Shown: positions 47,939-57,232 of the stretch, piece after piece
How the letters are laid out: every line of letters starts with the position of its first letter
Position numbering within the stretch: position 1 is the first letter of the stretch
Assembly: GCA_963663705.1 (NCBI GenBank)
Contig: OY760504.1
Span: 1,224,063 to 1,288,062 of the forward strand
Source of the DNA: Armatimonadota bacterium
Lineage (GTDB): Bacteria > Armatimonadota > UBA5829 > DTJY01
Reading direction: 5' to 3'
DNA: 64,000 bases
The notes under the pieces: model-generated
What the model was told of the DNA's origin: nothing
Databases searched by the model: none
Seen by the model: the letters and a program-made list of their open reading frames with translations, nothing else
Position numbers and translations under genes: made by a program

Positions 47939-48225
47939 TCAACGAATCGTCGAGATATGCGAATTGTGTTCTCTATGTGGATGGCTCGGATGAGTTCATC
48001 GGCAGCCGAACCCTAATCGATACGTTGCCGGAACCGGACGATATCTTCCACACGATTCAGGAAGGTGACCGCATTGATCTGCTAGCATACAGATATCTGG
48101 GAGATGCATCGCTTTGGTGGATTATCTGCGATTACAACTACATATTCTTTCCGCTCGATATGGAAATTGGGGCAGTCCTCAGAATTCCATCCATGGGGCA
48201 TTTACAGATGAGATTATCAATATGA
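47935..48225 (+). CDS. LysM-domain tail protein (P2 gpX-like)
   Basis: LysM-like GDRIDLLAYRYLGDASLWWII. Confidence 0.5.
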   Translation: MINESSRYANCVLYVDGSDEFIGSRTLIDTLPEPDDIFHTIQEGDRIDLLAYRYLGDASLWWIICDYNYIFFPLDMEIGAVLRIPSMGHLQMRLSI

Positions 48226-48253
48226 CTCGACTAGACTTTGATGTCTGGACAAG

Positions 48254-48862
48254 CTATTTGTCATTTACGAAAGTGTCCAGCAGTTCACGGAACGAAGGTG
48301 CTATATGGCGAACAATATCAATTTGGCCAGCGCACAATATTCCTTCGTGGTCTATCTGAACTATTGGGCAATCGCCACCAGACCCACGGTTCATATCAAA
48401 ACAGATTGGGTCGTAATTTACAGTCTCAGGCTCACCAAACTGAATGAATCCTCCAGGTAATAAAGCCTTACAGAGCCCTGGATCGCAAAATATCCTTTTT
48501 CTGAGTTCAAAGTAATCCGTTCCTTCAGGTGTATTGCCAAAGAAGAAAATATCTCCTGCTTCGAACCCAGGGAAGATATAGCGTGTTATCAGCGACCTAT
48601 ATGCTATTGGAAACCTGTGCCCTAGCTTCTGTTCAAGCGGTTCTACCCAGTCCTCATTGGCAAAGGGCTTGATCATCCAATCGCAGTAACTATATTCATC
48701 CGGCTCGCCTACGAGGACGCTAGGAGGCGTTTCATAGATATCGATAGCAATGGGCTCGCGATAGCCAGCATTCACCTTGGCAATAAAAATATCTACCAAG
48801 GTATCTATATCCTCGTTCATAACCGTTTTGGGCAGTCTATTGGTGGTACGTGATTCCTTCAT
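48254..48862 (-). CDS. SMI1/KNR4 (SUKH-1)-like immunity-type protein, opposite-strand moron
   Basis: 202 aa. N-terminal WVEPLEQKLGHRFPIAYRSLITRY and later ICFDMNRGSGGDCPIVQIDHEG resemble the SUKH-1 pattern. Sits on the minus strand between the plus-strand X and D tail genes. Confidence 0.45.
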   Translation of the reverse strand: MKESRTTNRLPKTVMNEDIDTLVDIFIAKVNAGYREPIAIDIYETPPSVLVGEPDEYSYCDWMIKPFANEDWVEPLEQKLGHRFPIAYRSLITRYIFPGFEAGDIFFFGNTPEGTDYFELRKRIFCDPGLCKALLPGGFIQFGEPETVNYDPICFDMNRGSGGDCPIVQIDHEGILCAGQIDIVRHIAPSFRELLDTFVNDK

Positions 48863-48947
48863 ATTCTCTGTATACCCATGCCAAGTTGCTTATTGCAAGA
48901 ATTATAGCATAACAGTTCGGTATATGGAATCATCTTGAGGATACGCA

Positions 48948-50213
48948 ATGATTGATGAACGCTTTGCCCCAACCTTCATAATCGAAATTGAAGGCCATCG
49001 GCTCTCGAAAGACATAACACGCGAGATCACCTCCTTTGTCTTTGAAGATAACGAGGAAGAACTCGATGTGATGGAGGTATCGGTTACGGACAGATATCTC
49101 CAGTTCGTAGACGATCCGCTTTTTCAGGAAGGCAATGAGATAGTCGCCCGGTTCGGCTACGTCGACAATCTCTCGCCAAAGAAGATTGCAGTCATCAAGG
49201 AGATCGACTACGACTTCCCGGAGAGCGGCGAACCGACAATCAGGATCAGGGCTTACGATAGAGGGCACAAACTCACCGGCAGTCAGATTCAGCGCGTCTG
49301 GCAGAAACCCGCTCCCGGGATACTGTATTCAGAGATCGCGGAACAAATCGCTCACGAACATGGTTTGTCTCCGGTGATAGAGACTACGACTGGTCGGCAT
49401 CTGCGGGTCGCCCAGGGGAATATGTCCGACGCGGCGTTCCTTAAGGGTCTGGCATTGAAGTCGAGAAGCGCTGGTGGTACTGCCGGTTACGTGTTCTTCG
49501 TACAGGACAACGAATTGCACTTCCACTCAAGGAAACTCCATACACGACCGGCGCTCATATTGGAGTACTTCACCGATAAAGATGGTGTGCTCAGATCGTT
49601 TGCGCCATCGACGCAAACCCAAACGGTGAAAGGTACCGGCACGGAGACAAAGAGTATCGGCGTCGATCCAAGGAAGAAACGCCATGTCGAACACAAGGCC
49701 AACGATGCCAGCACAACAGAGCGTACTGTTCTAGGTAAGAAGACCTACCTGGTAGATGGCAAGTACCGTAAGCAGGAGTCGGGCAGGATAATCCCGCACT
49801 ACGGTCACGGGCGTGAGCATGCGGAGAGCCGCTTCAAAAGCGCCGAACTGCGGCAGGTCGAAGCGACTGCCGTTACCGTCGGAATCCCGGCGCTTGTTGC
49901 CAAGCAGAACATAGAGATCAGGGGAGTCGGCAGGAAGTTCTCAGGCATCTACTACTGTACATCAGTCAGGCATATCTTCGAGAACGGCTATTCGTGTGAA
50001 CTGAAGCTCAAACGGAACGCCCTTGGCAAGGGTACAGGCGCTAAGGCATCGGATACCAATGGTAAGAGGAACGAGCAGTCGGCGCCAAAGCATTCGAAGA
50101 AGAAACCGGCACATGCCAGGCCCGGAACACAAAGCTCTGCGCCAAGGCCGGTTAAACCAAAACCGAAGATGGTCAGAATCGATGCGAACACGGGTCGCAT
50201 CATCAGCAAGTAA
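48948..50213 (+). CDS. tail protein D (late control gpD family)
   Basis: 421 aa. RFGYVDNLSPKKIAVIKEIDYDFPESGEPTIRIRAYD is typical of gpD. Confidence 0.6.
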   Translation: MIDERFAPTFIIEIEGHRLSKDITREITSFVFEDNEEELDVMEVSVTDRYLQFVDDPLFQEGNEIVARFGYVDNLSPKKIAVIKEIDYDFPESGEPTIRIRAYDRGHKLTGSQIQRVWQKPAPGILYSEIAEQIAHEHGLSPVIETTTGRHLRVAQGNMSDAAFLKGLALKSRSAGGTAGYVFFVQDNELHFHSRKLHTRPALILEYFTDKDGVLRSFAPSTQTQTVKGTGTETKSIGVDPRKKRHVEHKANDASTTERTVLGKKTYLVDGKYRKQESGRIIPHYGHGREHAESRFKSAELRQVEATAVTVGIPALVAKQNIEIRGVGRKFSGIYYCTSVRHIFENGYSCELKLKRNALGKGTGAKASDTNGKRNEQSAPKHSKKKPAHARPGTQSSAPRPVKPKPKMVRIDANTGRIISK

Positions 50214-50237
50214 TCAAATACCAAGGAGGCAAATCAC

Positions 50238-50549
50238 ATGCACGTTAGTGACACTATCAGGTTCATCATTGAGAATAGGGACGTACTCATCACCTTTCTC
50301 ATCGCTCTTATAGCGGTAGTAAAGCTTACTGCCTGGGGAAAAGCGCAGTCATCTGCGCTCGACGCGGTGGTCGGCGTAATCGAAGGGCTTGGGGCGCGCA
50401 ATATTAAGGCGGGAGTCTCGGATGCGGTCAGCGATCTTCCTGCAGGCGCACAGGACGCTATCGGTGATTCCGTGGCAAAGGCAGACCCTAAGAAGGAATC
50501 ATCGAGCCTCTTCACCCGAATCGTGCGCGAAGTCTTTCGAGGGATATAG
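50238..50549 (+). CDS. small membrane-anchored hypothetical protein
   Basis: 103 aa; N-terminal hydrophobic helix VLITFLIALIAVVKLTAW. Confidence 0.3.
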   Translation: MHVSDTIRFIIENRDVLITFLIALIAVVKLTAWGKAQSSALDAVVGVIEGLGARNIKAGVSDAVSDLPAGAQDAIGDSVAKADPKKESSSLFTRIVREVFRGI

Positions 50550-50552
50550 GCG

Positions 50553-51230
50553 ATGCTCGAATTTGAAAACGAGGAGCAGAGAGATCGGTATGCCGGAAAG
50601 TGGTATGGGAAGTATCGGGCATTCGTTCGCGATCACCATGATCCGGAACGCCTGGGAAGATGCCGCCTTGAAATACCGGCGGTACTTGGGGTCGGCGAAG
50701 ATAACTGGTCTGACTGGGCAGCACCCTGTTTCCCATACGGCGGCATCGACAACTGCGGAATGTTCCTCGTTCCCGAAGAAGGTGCATCGGTATGGGCTGA
50801 GTTCGAGGGCGGTGATCCGCAGTATCCGATATGGAGCGGCGTCTGGCTCGCGATGAGCAATCCTGGCGAACAGCCGGACGAGGCTAAGCGGCTCTGTGAG
50901 ATCGCAACGTGTTCAAATTGCCCCGATGCACGCGAACACGCAATGAACCGAGCCGATAACATTGAACACAAAAAGTATCACACACATCCGCCGTACTACT
51001 GTCCAAAGATGAAGGTGCTCGCAAAGACAGCGCTCGGCCATACGATTCTATTCGATGACAAGGACGATACCGCCTGCATACGGATTGTCGATTCGTCCGG
51101 ACAGGAGATACTGCTTGAAAGCGGCAAAAGAGTGCAGATCACCGACAAGGCGGGCAGTAGCCTGGCAATGGACTCTGCAACCGGAAATATTATCATCCGC
51201 TCAGCTGGCAAAGTCCTGATCAACCCATGA
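50553..51230 (+). CDS. baseplate spike/hub protein gpV
   Basis: OB-fold motif FLVPEEGASVWAEFEGGDPQYPIWSGVW is typical of the Phage_base_V family. Confidence 0.65.
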   Translation: MLEFENEEQRDRYAGKWYGKYRAFVRDHHDPERLGRCRLEIPAVLGVGEDNWSDWAAPCFPYGGIDNCGMFLVPEEGASVWAEFEGGDPQYPIWSGVWLAMSNPGEQPDEAKRLCEIATCSNCPDAREHAMNRADNIEHKKYHTHPPYYCPKMKVLAKTALGHTILFDDKDDTACIRIVDSSGQEILLESGKRVQITDKAGSSLAMDSATGNIIIRSAGKVLINP

Positions 51231-51245
51231 CATAGAGAGGAAACT

Positions 51246-51623
51246 ATGACAGAACCAACAGAATGCCAGGGGCCCGGAAAGTGCGGCTGGGTAGAGAGCG
51301 AGCGAATGCTCGCAAAGACCTTCGACCAGTGGCGTGCGGAGTTTCGGGAAATCCTAGAAGATCATCGCAGGGACATACAAAGCCGCCTTGAAACTATCGA
51401 ACGGAGAATCGAACTGAAATCGGATAAGGAATCGGTCGACCTGGTCGTTCGGAGCATCAACGATGAACTCGCGAGGCATGCAGACGATATCAAATCACTA
51501 CGGTCGGAGATCGGTTGCAAGGTAGGCAGCGACACACTCTGGAAGATGGTCGGCCTCGTAGTAGCGCTCGGCGGGATAATCTCCGGCATAGTGAGCGCCA
51601 TCATAGGATTCTACAGAAAGTAG
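51246..51623 (+). CDS. coiled-coil protein with C-terminal TM helix (XhlA-like)
   Basis: 125 aa. Central coiled coil and C-terminal VGLVVALGGIISGIVSAIIGF. Confidence 0.3.
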   Translation: MTEPTECQGPGKCGWVESERMLAKTFDQWRAEFREILEDHRRDIQSRLETIERRIELKSDKESVDLVVRSINDELARHADDIKSLRSEIGCKVGSDTLWKMVGLVVALGGIISGIVSAIIGFYRK

Positions 51624-51630
51624 GTGTGCT

Positions 51631-51897
51631 ATGGGAAGACCATCTGCACGACTTGGCGATACATCGAGCCACGGTGGAACCATTATCACGGGCTCTGACA
51701 CTACTTCAATAAACGGCAAACCTGCCGCAAGGGTTGGCGATCTCCACACATGTTCGATACCGGGTCATGGGGTCACATCTATAACATCAGGAAGCAAGAG
51801 CGTCATGATAGAAGGCAGCTCAGCCGCACGTGTCGGTGATTCCGTCGGCTGCGGTGCGGTCATCGTTTCAGGCAGCCCGGACACGGAGGTTGATTAA
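51631..51897 (+). CDS. PAAR-repeat spike-tip protein
   Basis: Repeated GDxxxHGG / ARVGD / GCGAV motifs across 88 aa. Confidence 0.75.
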   Translation: MGRPSARLGDTSSHGGTIITGSDTTSINGKPAARVGDLHTCSIPGHGVTSITSGSKSVMIEGSSAARVGDSVGCGAVIVSGSPDTEVD

Positions 51898-52307
51898 TGA
51901 ATACGGATTTCCTTGGCAAAGGGCTAAAGTTTCCGCTCGAGTTCCACAGGCGTTCGGGAGGCGCTCGGATATCGACCGCAACGTCGGCCGACCATGCGCA
52001 CATACACGAGAGCATCCACCAGATCCTCGCAACGCGTCTCGGCGAGCGGCTCATGAACCCGGAGTTCGGTTGCCGACTCATGGATCTGGTATTCGAGCCG
52101 GACGGGCACGTGCTTCGAGGGCTCATCCGTCACTACGTGATAGATGCCCTCGATCGATGGGAGAAGCGGATAGTTGTGACTGATGTGACCTTTGACGATT
52201 CGAACGACGAAGGAAACATCAACATTCAGATCTCTTACAGAATCATCGATTGTCAGGTAGATGGGAACATGATTTACCCGTTCTGCCGCGAGATTACAGG
52301 AGCATAA
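51897..52307 (+). CDS. baseplate protein gpW / gp25-like
   Basis: IHESIHQILATRLGERLMNPEFGCRLMDLVFEP matches the GPW_gp25 signature. Confidence 0.75.
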   Translation: MNTDFLGKGLKFPLEFHRRSGGARISTATSADHAHIHESIHQILATRLGERLMNPEFGCRLMDLVFEPDGHVLRGLIRHYVIDALDRWEKRIVVTDVTFDDSNDEGNINIQISYRIIDCQVDGNMIYPFCREITGA

Positions 52308-53717
52308 ATGGGAAGGGCAAGCATCTCATATACAAACAAGGACTACGAGTCGATACGGGCCGAACTTCTCGCCCGCATTCCGCAGCTCACCGATCGCTGG
52401 ACTGATCTTAATGAGTCCGATCTCGGTGTCGTGCTCCTCGAGCTATTCGCGGGCATCGGTGATATGCTCGCATACTATATCGACTCACAGGCGGCAGAGG
52501 GGTTCCTCCCGACGGCCCGCCAGCGGCAGAGCGTGATCAACCTGTGCAAGCTGATCGGCTACAAATTAAGTGATCCTGTCCCTGCGCGAACGACTCTCCG
52601 GTTCACGCTCAGTGCGGCGAGAGAGGATGATGTAGTCATCCCAAAAGGTACGGTTTGCAGGGCCGTAATGGACGAAGGGGATGTCTATTTTGAAACCATA
52701 TCCGATGCGATCATTCCAAGAGGAGAATTCGGCGCAGATATCGAGGCCATACAGGGCGAGCGCAAAACAGAAGATTTTATCGGCACCGGTCTTGCAAATC
52801 AGGTGATACAGCTCAACTCGACAAACATCGCGGAGGGTTCGGCTAGAATAACGATCAGCGATAACCTCTGGACAAATGTGCCAAGCTTTATAGAGAGCGG
52901 CATGGACTCCCTGCATTACGCAGTGGAAACGGATGGACTGGGTGTAACCCGCATCAGGTTCGGGGACGGCTATCGGGGCAGGATACCGTATCTGAATGAA
53001 ACGATTGCCGCAAGTTACCTTGAGACCCTTGGGGATGACGGCAACATCGGGCGCGGGCTGGTGTCGGAGATAGTGACCTCCATATATGCCGGCGGCGAAC
53101 AGGCCAACCTGTCAGTCACAAATATCACTCCCGCCGCAAGTGGAGCGGACAGGGAATCGGTCGATCATGCAAAGCTCCATGCGCCTGTAGAACTATCGTC
53201 GCTCTGGAAGGCGGTGACTAAGGCCGATTACAAGGCGCTCGTCGAGGGCTACCCCGGAGTTGCGAAGGCCGAGATCATCGACGCCAACGATTCAGGCGAT
53301 CTCAGGTACTACCAGGTCAAGATCGCCATCGCCCCTGACGGCGGTGGAATGCCCGCTCCTTCGCTTTTACAGGAAGTGGCCGATTATATAGAATCAAGGA
53401 AAGTGATCACCATAGAAGTCAACCTTGTATCGCCGGTCTATGTCCCGGCTTCTGTGTCGGCGGAGGTTTATATCTACAGGCAGGCCGACCCGAATGCCGT
53501 TCGCCGCCGTATAGAAGAGGTCATTGGACGCTTGTTCGCCTTCGATAGTGTATCCTTCGGCATGCCGATACACAGCTCGCGGATCATCTCGGCGATATCG
53601 GGAGTATCCGGCGTGAGCCACGTGAAACTCATTTTGCCATCCGATGATACAGCAATCGGACAGACTGAAATCCCCATTCTCGGCGAAGTAACCCTCGATA
53701 TCAGGAGGGTCGAGTAA
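52308..53717 (+). CDS. baseplate protein gpJ-like
   Basis: 469 aa, follows gpW in the conserved W-J-I order. Confidence 0.6.
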   Translation: MGRASISYTNKDYESIRAELLARIPQLTDRWTDLNESDLGVVLLELFAGIGDMLAYYIDSQAAEGFLPTARQRQSVINLCKLIGYKLSDPVPARTTLRFTLSAAREDDVVIPKGTVCRAVMDEGDVYFETISDAIIPRGEFGADIEAIQGERKTEDFIGTGLANQVIQLNSTNIAEGSARITISDNLWTNVPSFIESGMDSLHYAVETDGLGVTRIRFGDGYRGRIPYLNETIAASYLETLGDDGNIGRGLVSEIVTSIYAGGEQANLSVTNITPAASGADRESVDHAKLHAPVELSSLWKAVTKADYKALVEGYPGVAKAEIIDANDSGDLRYYQVKIAIAPDGGGMPAPSLLQEVADYIESRKVITIEVNLVSPVYVPASVSAEVYIYRQADPNAVRRRIEEVIGRLFAFDSVSFGMPIHSSRIISAISGVSGVSHVKLILPSDDTAIGQTEIPILGEVTLDIRRVE

Positions 53718-54688
53718 TGGCGTCATACTTTAAGGATAAACTGCTCGATCTCCTGCCGCCTGTATATCGTGAGAAAGACTCAACGGGCGATCTGCGTACA
53801 TTCCTTCAAGTGCCATCAGAGACGCTGGACGAGATCAAAGCGTTGATCGACCGCATGACCAGCCTCTTTGATATCGACACCTGCGAGGCCCGGTTTCTTC
53901 CTCATATCGGCGCAATTGTTGGCTGCGAGTACGATCCGACCCGCGACCCGGAGTCACAGCGTCGGGAGATCAAAGAATCAGTAGATCGGTACAGGCGGAA
54001 TGGCACAAAGGAGAGCATCCGCCGGTCACTTGAGCGCGCAGGCTGGCGTGGGAACGTCGACGAGACTTACCGGAGCAGGCTCAGGTTGAATAGCAAGGGC
54101 GTGCTCAACGTGCAGAAACTGCCCGGCAAGATCTACAGCATGGGAGTCTACCAGGTCGAGTGCAGAAATTTGATCGAGGGCCTGCGCCACGCACTTGCGA
54201 GCGAGCATCCGGCTGGAGCCAAAGCGTATTTCAAGCAGTGGATGAACGCCCTTCTCTACTCCGGGGACGAGATACTCGCCTACATCGCCGAGATCATCAC
54301 TACCACTATCTTTGCCGAACCGAGGCATGCCTTTGGACTGAACAAAACAGCCCTTAATTCATATATGCCGCTTACTCGTCGGGAAACATCGTGGGCGTAC
54401 TGGCGGATCACCGATCAGGTCTTTGCGGCACATGATCTCGGCGGCGCCGGGATCAGGGTCGACAGATGGATGGGCATATCGGCGAATGGAAAACTGAACG
54501 GTCTTCAGCTAAACGAGGGAAAGCTTGCCGATGTAGACAGTGCTTCCTGCCTACATCTATCGTGCGCCAACTTTGACGTGGGCACACGCGGCATCGAGGC
54601 CAAAAGTACCATGCGGTTATGCCGCAGTCATCTCTCAAAATACAGGCTTGCAAGGAATATCCCCTGCTGCGAATTCCAGAACATATGA
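53717..54688 (+). CDS. tail protein gpI-like
   Basis: 323 aa, next in the W-J-I order. Confidence 0.45.
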   Translation: MASYFKDKLLDLLPPVYREKDSTGDLRTFLQVPSETLDEIKALIDRMTSLFDIDTCEARFLPHIGAIVGCEYDPTRDPESQRREIKESVDRYRRNGTKESIRRSLERAGWRGNVDETYRSRLRLNSKGVLNVQKLPGKIYSMGVYQVECRNLIEGLRHALASEHPAGAKAYFKQWMNALLYSGDEILAYIAEIITTTIFAEPRHAFGLNKTALNSYMPLTRRETSWAYWRITDQVFAAHDLGGAGIRVDRWMGISANGKLNGLQLNEGKLADVDSASCLHLSCANFDVGTRGIEAKSTMRLCRSHLSKYRLARNIPCCEFQNI

Positions 54689-54697
54689 GGTGTTCTT

Positions 54698-55294
54698 TTG
54701 ACTCTGCACATATATCTTGATTCCGAACTGACAAAGCCGATATCGGAGGGCGACATGACGAGCCCCGATGCCGATTCGTTCGATGGGACGCACGGTGAGT
54801 CGTATGACAGGGAACTCTTCCTTGCAAACGAGCAGAGCGCCCTCGCGGGGCAAATCGACGGCGTTCAGACCGGAATAACGCTCGTGCGTCCAGCTTTCCG
54901 TGACGGCGATCTCGTCATAGTAGGACAGGAGGTCATAAAGATAGTTATGGGCGGCGGCACATGCGGCATCGCGGTCGAACGAGGTTACGGTGGTACGGCT
55001 GCCATCCCACACGAAGCCGGATCGAAGGTCTACACGGCCTGCGACTACACGGACATCGTGGTAGCGCCGGTGGACATATCGGGCACGGATGAATCGGACT
55101 GGTGTACCCTTGCAATGCGCCCGGAGGATCTCCCTGTCGCCATTCCGGGCGATCCCGTCTACATTGGCGACAAACCGTACAGTGAGACCGTCCCGTTCAT
55201 GCGCAGGTTCACCGTTCCGGCTGAGACGCCCCTTCAGATTAAGCGGGATGTCAAGCTTAGAGCAAGCGGCATCGCCCATCCAATTCGGGCATAG
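54698..55294 (+). CDS. hypothetical tail protein
   Basis: 198 aa. Confidence 0.3.
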   Translation: MTLHIYLDSELTKPISEGDMTSPDADSFDGTHGESYDRELFLANEQSALAGQIDGVQTGITLVRPAFRDGDLVIVGQEVIKIVMGGGTCGIAVERGYGGTAAIPHEAGSKVYTACDYTDIVVAPVDISGTDESDWCTLAMRPEDLPVAIPGDPVYIGDKPYSETVPFMRRFTVPAETPLQIKRDVKLRASGIAHPIRA

Positions 55295-55333
55295 GGGCTG
55301 GCTCATTACATTATATATGGAGGTTCTTTCATC

Positions 55334-56338
55334 ATGGCCTTGAGGTTCTGCGACAGCTTCGATCATTACTCATCGGCTGATATCCCAAAGAAATACACCG
55401 CTAATTTCAGCGGCTCAATCGGTTCTACATACGGCCGGTTCAACAAAGGCCTGCACTTCGGCACCATGTCTGAATATGTAACGAGGGGTCTTGACTCTCA
55501 GAGCACTTGGATAGTCGGCATGGCACTCCGTGTCGGCAGCATCGCAAGTCAGCGAACTCTTCTCGGAATTCTGAACGGTTCCACTGCTCAGATATACCTG
55601 CAGATCGGAGCAGACTACCGGTTCAGGCTGTACAATGGCGCCAATACGCTCCTCGCCACCTCTGAGAACACGATCACGACCCAGACGTTCTACTACATTG
55701 AGATTAAGGTGACGGTTGGTGCGACCGGTTCATATGAACTGCGTGTAAACGGCTTCTCGGCAGGGTGGATGCCGCATGCAGTCGGACAGACGCGGGCTAA
55801 CTCGAATCCTGACACGGCAAACACCATATCGCTTTATGGCATGTACAACACATCTACGGATATCGATGACCTGTATATCTGCGACGGCACCGGGACTGCA
55901 AACAATGACTTCCTCGGCGATGTGCGTATAGACGCCGTGATGCCTACTGCCGACGACACCCCGTGCGAATGGCTCTGCTCATCCGGGACGTCACACTTTG
56001 CGCTTATAGACGAAGCAGCCCCAAACGGTGATACCGATTACATCTACTCTGAGGTCGCTGGTAATCAGGATACCTTCCAATTTGCCGCGCTCCCGGATCT
56101 TGGAAACACGCCGATCAAAGGCGTTCAAATGGTCAGCTGCGCACGGAAAGATGATGCCTCCACAAAACAGATGGCGCAAGTGGCAAGGCTTGGCGATGTT
56201 ACACAGACAGGTGCCGCCATATCGCTCTCGGACAGCTACTCGTACGTGCGCGATGTCTTCCCTAAAGACCCTGAAGGGAACGACTGGACCGTGAGTTCCA
56301 TCCAGAGCGCCAGATTCGGCGTAAAGGTGGTCGGCTAG
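55334..56338 (+). CDS. hypothetical tail fibre/baseplate-associated protein
   Basis: 334 aa. Confidence 0.3.
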   Translation: MALRFCDSFDHYSSADIPKKYTANFSGSIGSTYGRFNKGLHFGTMSEYVTRGLDSQSTWIVGMALRVGSIASQRTLLGILNGSTAQIYLQIGADYRFRLYNGANTLLATSENTITTQTFYYIEIKVTVGATGSYELRVNGFSAGWMPHAVGQTRANSNPDTANTISLYGMYNTSTDIDDLYICDGTGTANNDFLGDVRIDAVMPTADDTPCEWLCSSGTSHFALIDEAAPNGDTDYIYSEVAGNQDTFQFAALPDLGNTPIKGVQMVSCARKDDASTKQMAQVARLGDVTQTGAAISLSDSYSYVRDVFPKDPEGNDWTVSSIQSARFGVKVVG

Positions 56339-56343
56339 CAAGT

Positions 56344-57213
56344 ATGGGAAATGCACGAGTAACCCAGGAGCGGATCGAAGTCGTCAGGTCGGCATACCCA
56401 AAGGCACGGATCTCGCAGTCGGCCGTTGAGATCATTCGAACCATCCCCGCAAACATAAATGTCACCCAGTTGGCGATCGAGGTCATACGCCCGAGGCTTG
56501 CAAGCATAGTCGCAAGCCAACTCGTGACGGAGGTTGCAAAACGGCGGTTTCCCGACCCGGTGCCGGTGCCTTTTGAGTTCACGGCTGATTTCGAGGCTGA
56601 GATCACGAACAACCAAATATTCGACTTTGATGTTGAACTCAGGATAGTCAAAGTAGCGCATTTTGAGAAGGAGGACGAGAGGATGTCCCTTGGACTTATC
56701 ACTATGAACGGGAGGATACTCACCGCACGGCTTATGATGGGAGAGGCGCTCGATGGCATCACCCACTGCGCCATAGGAGACGGCGACGATACATTCGCCG
56801 ATTCGAAGCATCCGCCCGAGCCGAGTTATGATCAGACAGGGCTCAGGCATGAGCGAGCCAGGAAACGCTGCTACAAAACAGCCTTTCTTATAGAGGATAC
56901 TGAAGGGTCGATAGAAGTCGGAGGCCAAAGGTATTCGGAGACAGCTGTGCCGACCCCGATCATAGGGTTATACTTCCGGTTCGATGAGGGGGAAGCAAAC
57001 GGCATCACTATCAAAGAGTACGGGTTCTTCGGCGGAAACGTGCAGTATATGGGGAGCGTCGGCGGTGACTACGCAGAGGGCGGCGTCTACTCATCGACCA
57101 ACCCTGGGGGCCAGGTTCTCCGCTCGGGCTACCTCTATGAGGTGAAGAATATCCCCGACTTTACAAAGACCTCCGACACAAGGGTGGAACTCGTCGGAGT
57201 GATCAGGTTCTAA
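56344..57213 (+). CDS. hypothetical tail protein
   Basis: 289 aa. Confidence 0.3.
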   Translation: MGNARVTQERIEVVRSAYPKARISQSAVEIIRTIPANINVTQLAIEVIRPRLASIVASQLVTEVAKRRFPDPVPVPFEFTADFEAEITNNQIFDFDVELRIVKVAHFEKEDERMSLGLITMNGRILTARLMMGEALDGITHCAIGDGDDTFADSKHPPEPSYDQTGLRHERARKRCYKTAFLIEDTEGSIEVGGQRYSETAVPTPIIGLYFRFDEGEANGITIKEYGFFGGNVQYMGSVGGDYAEGGVYSSTNPGGQVLRSGYLYEVKNIPDFTKTSDTRVELVGVIRF

Positions 57214-57232
57214 TCAAAGGAGTATATTACCC

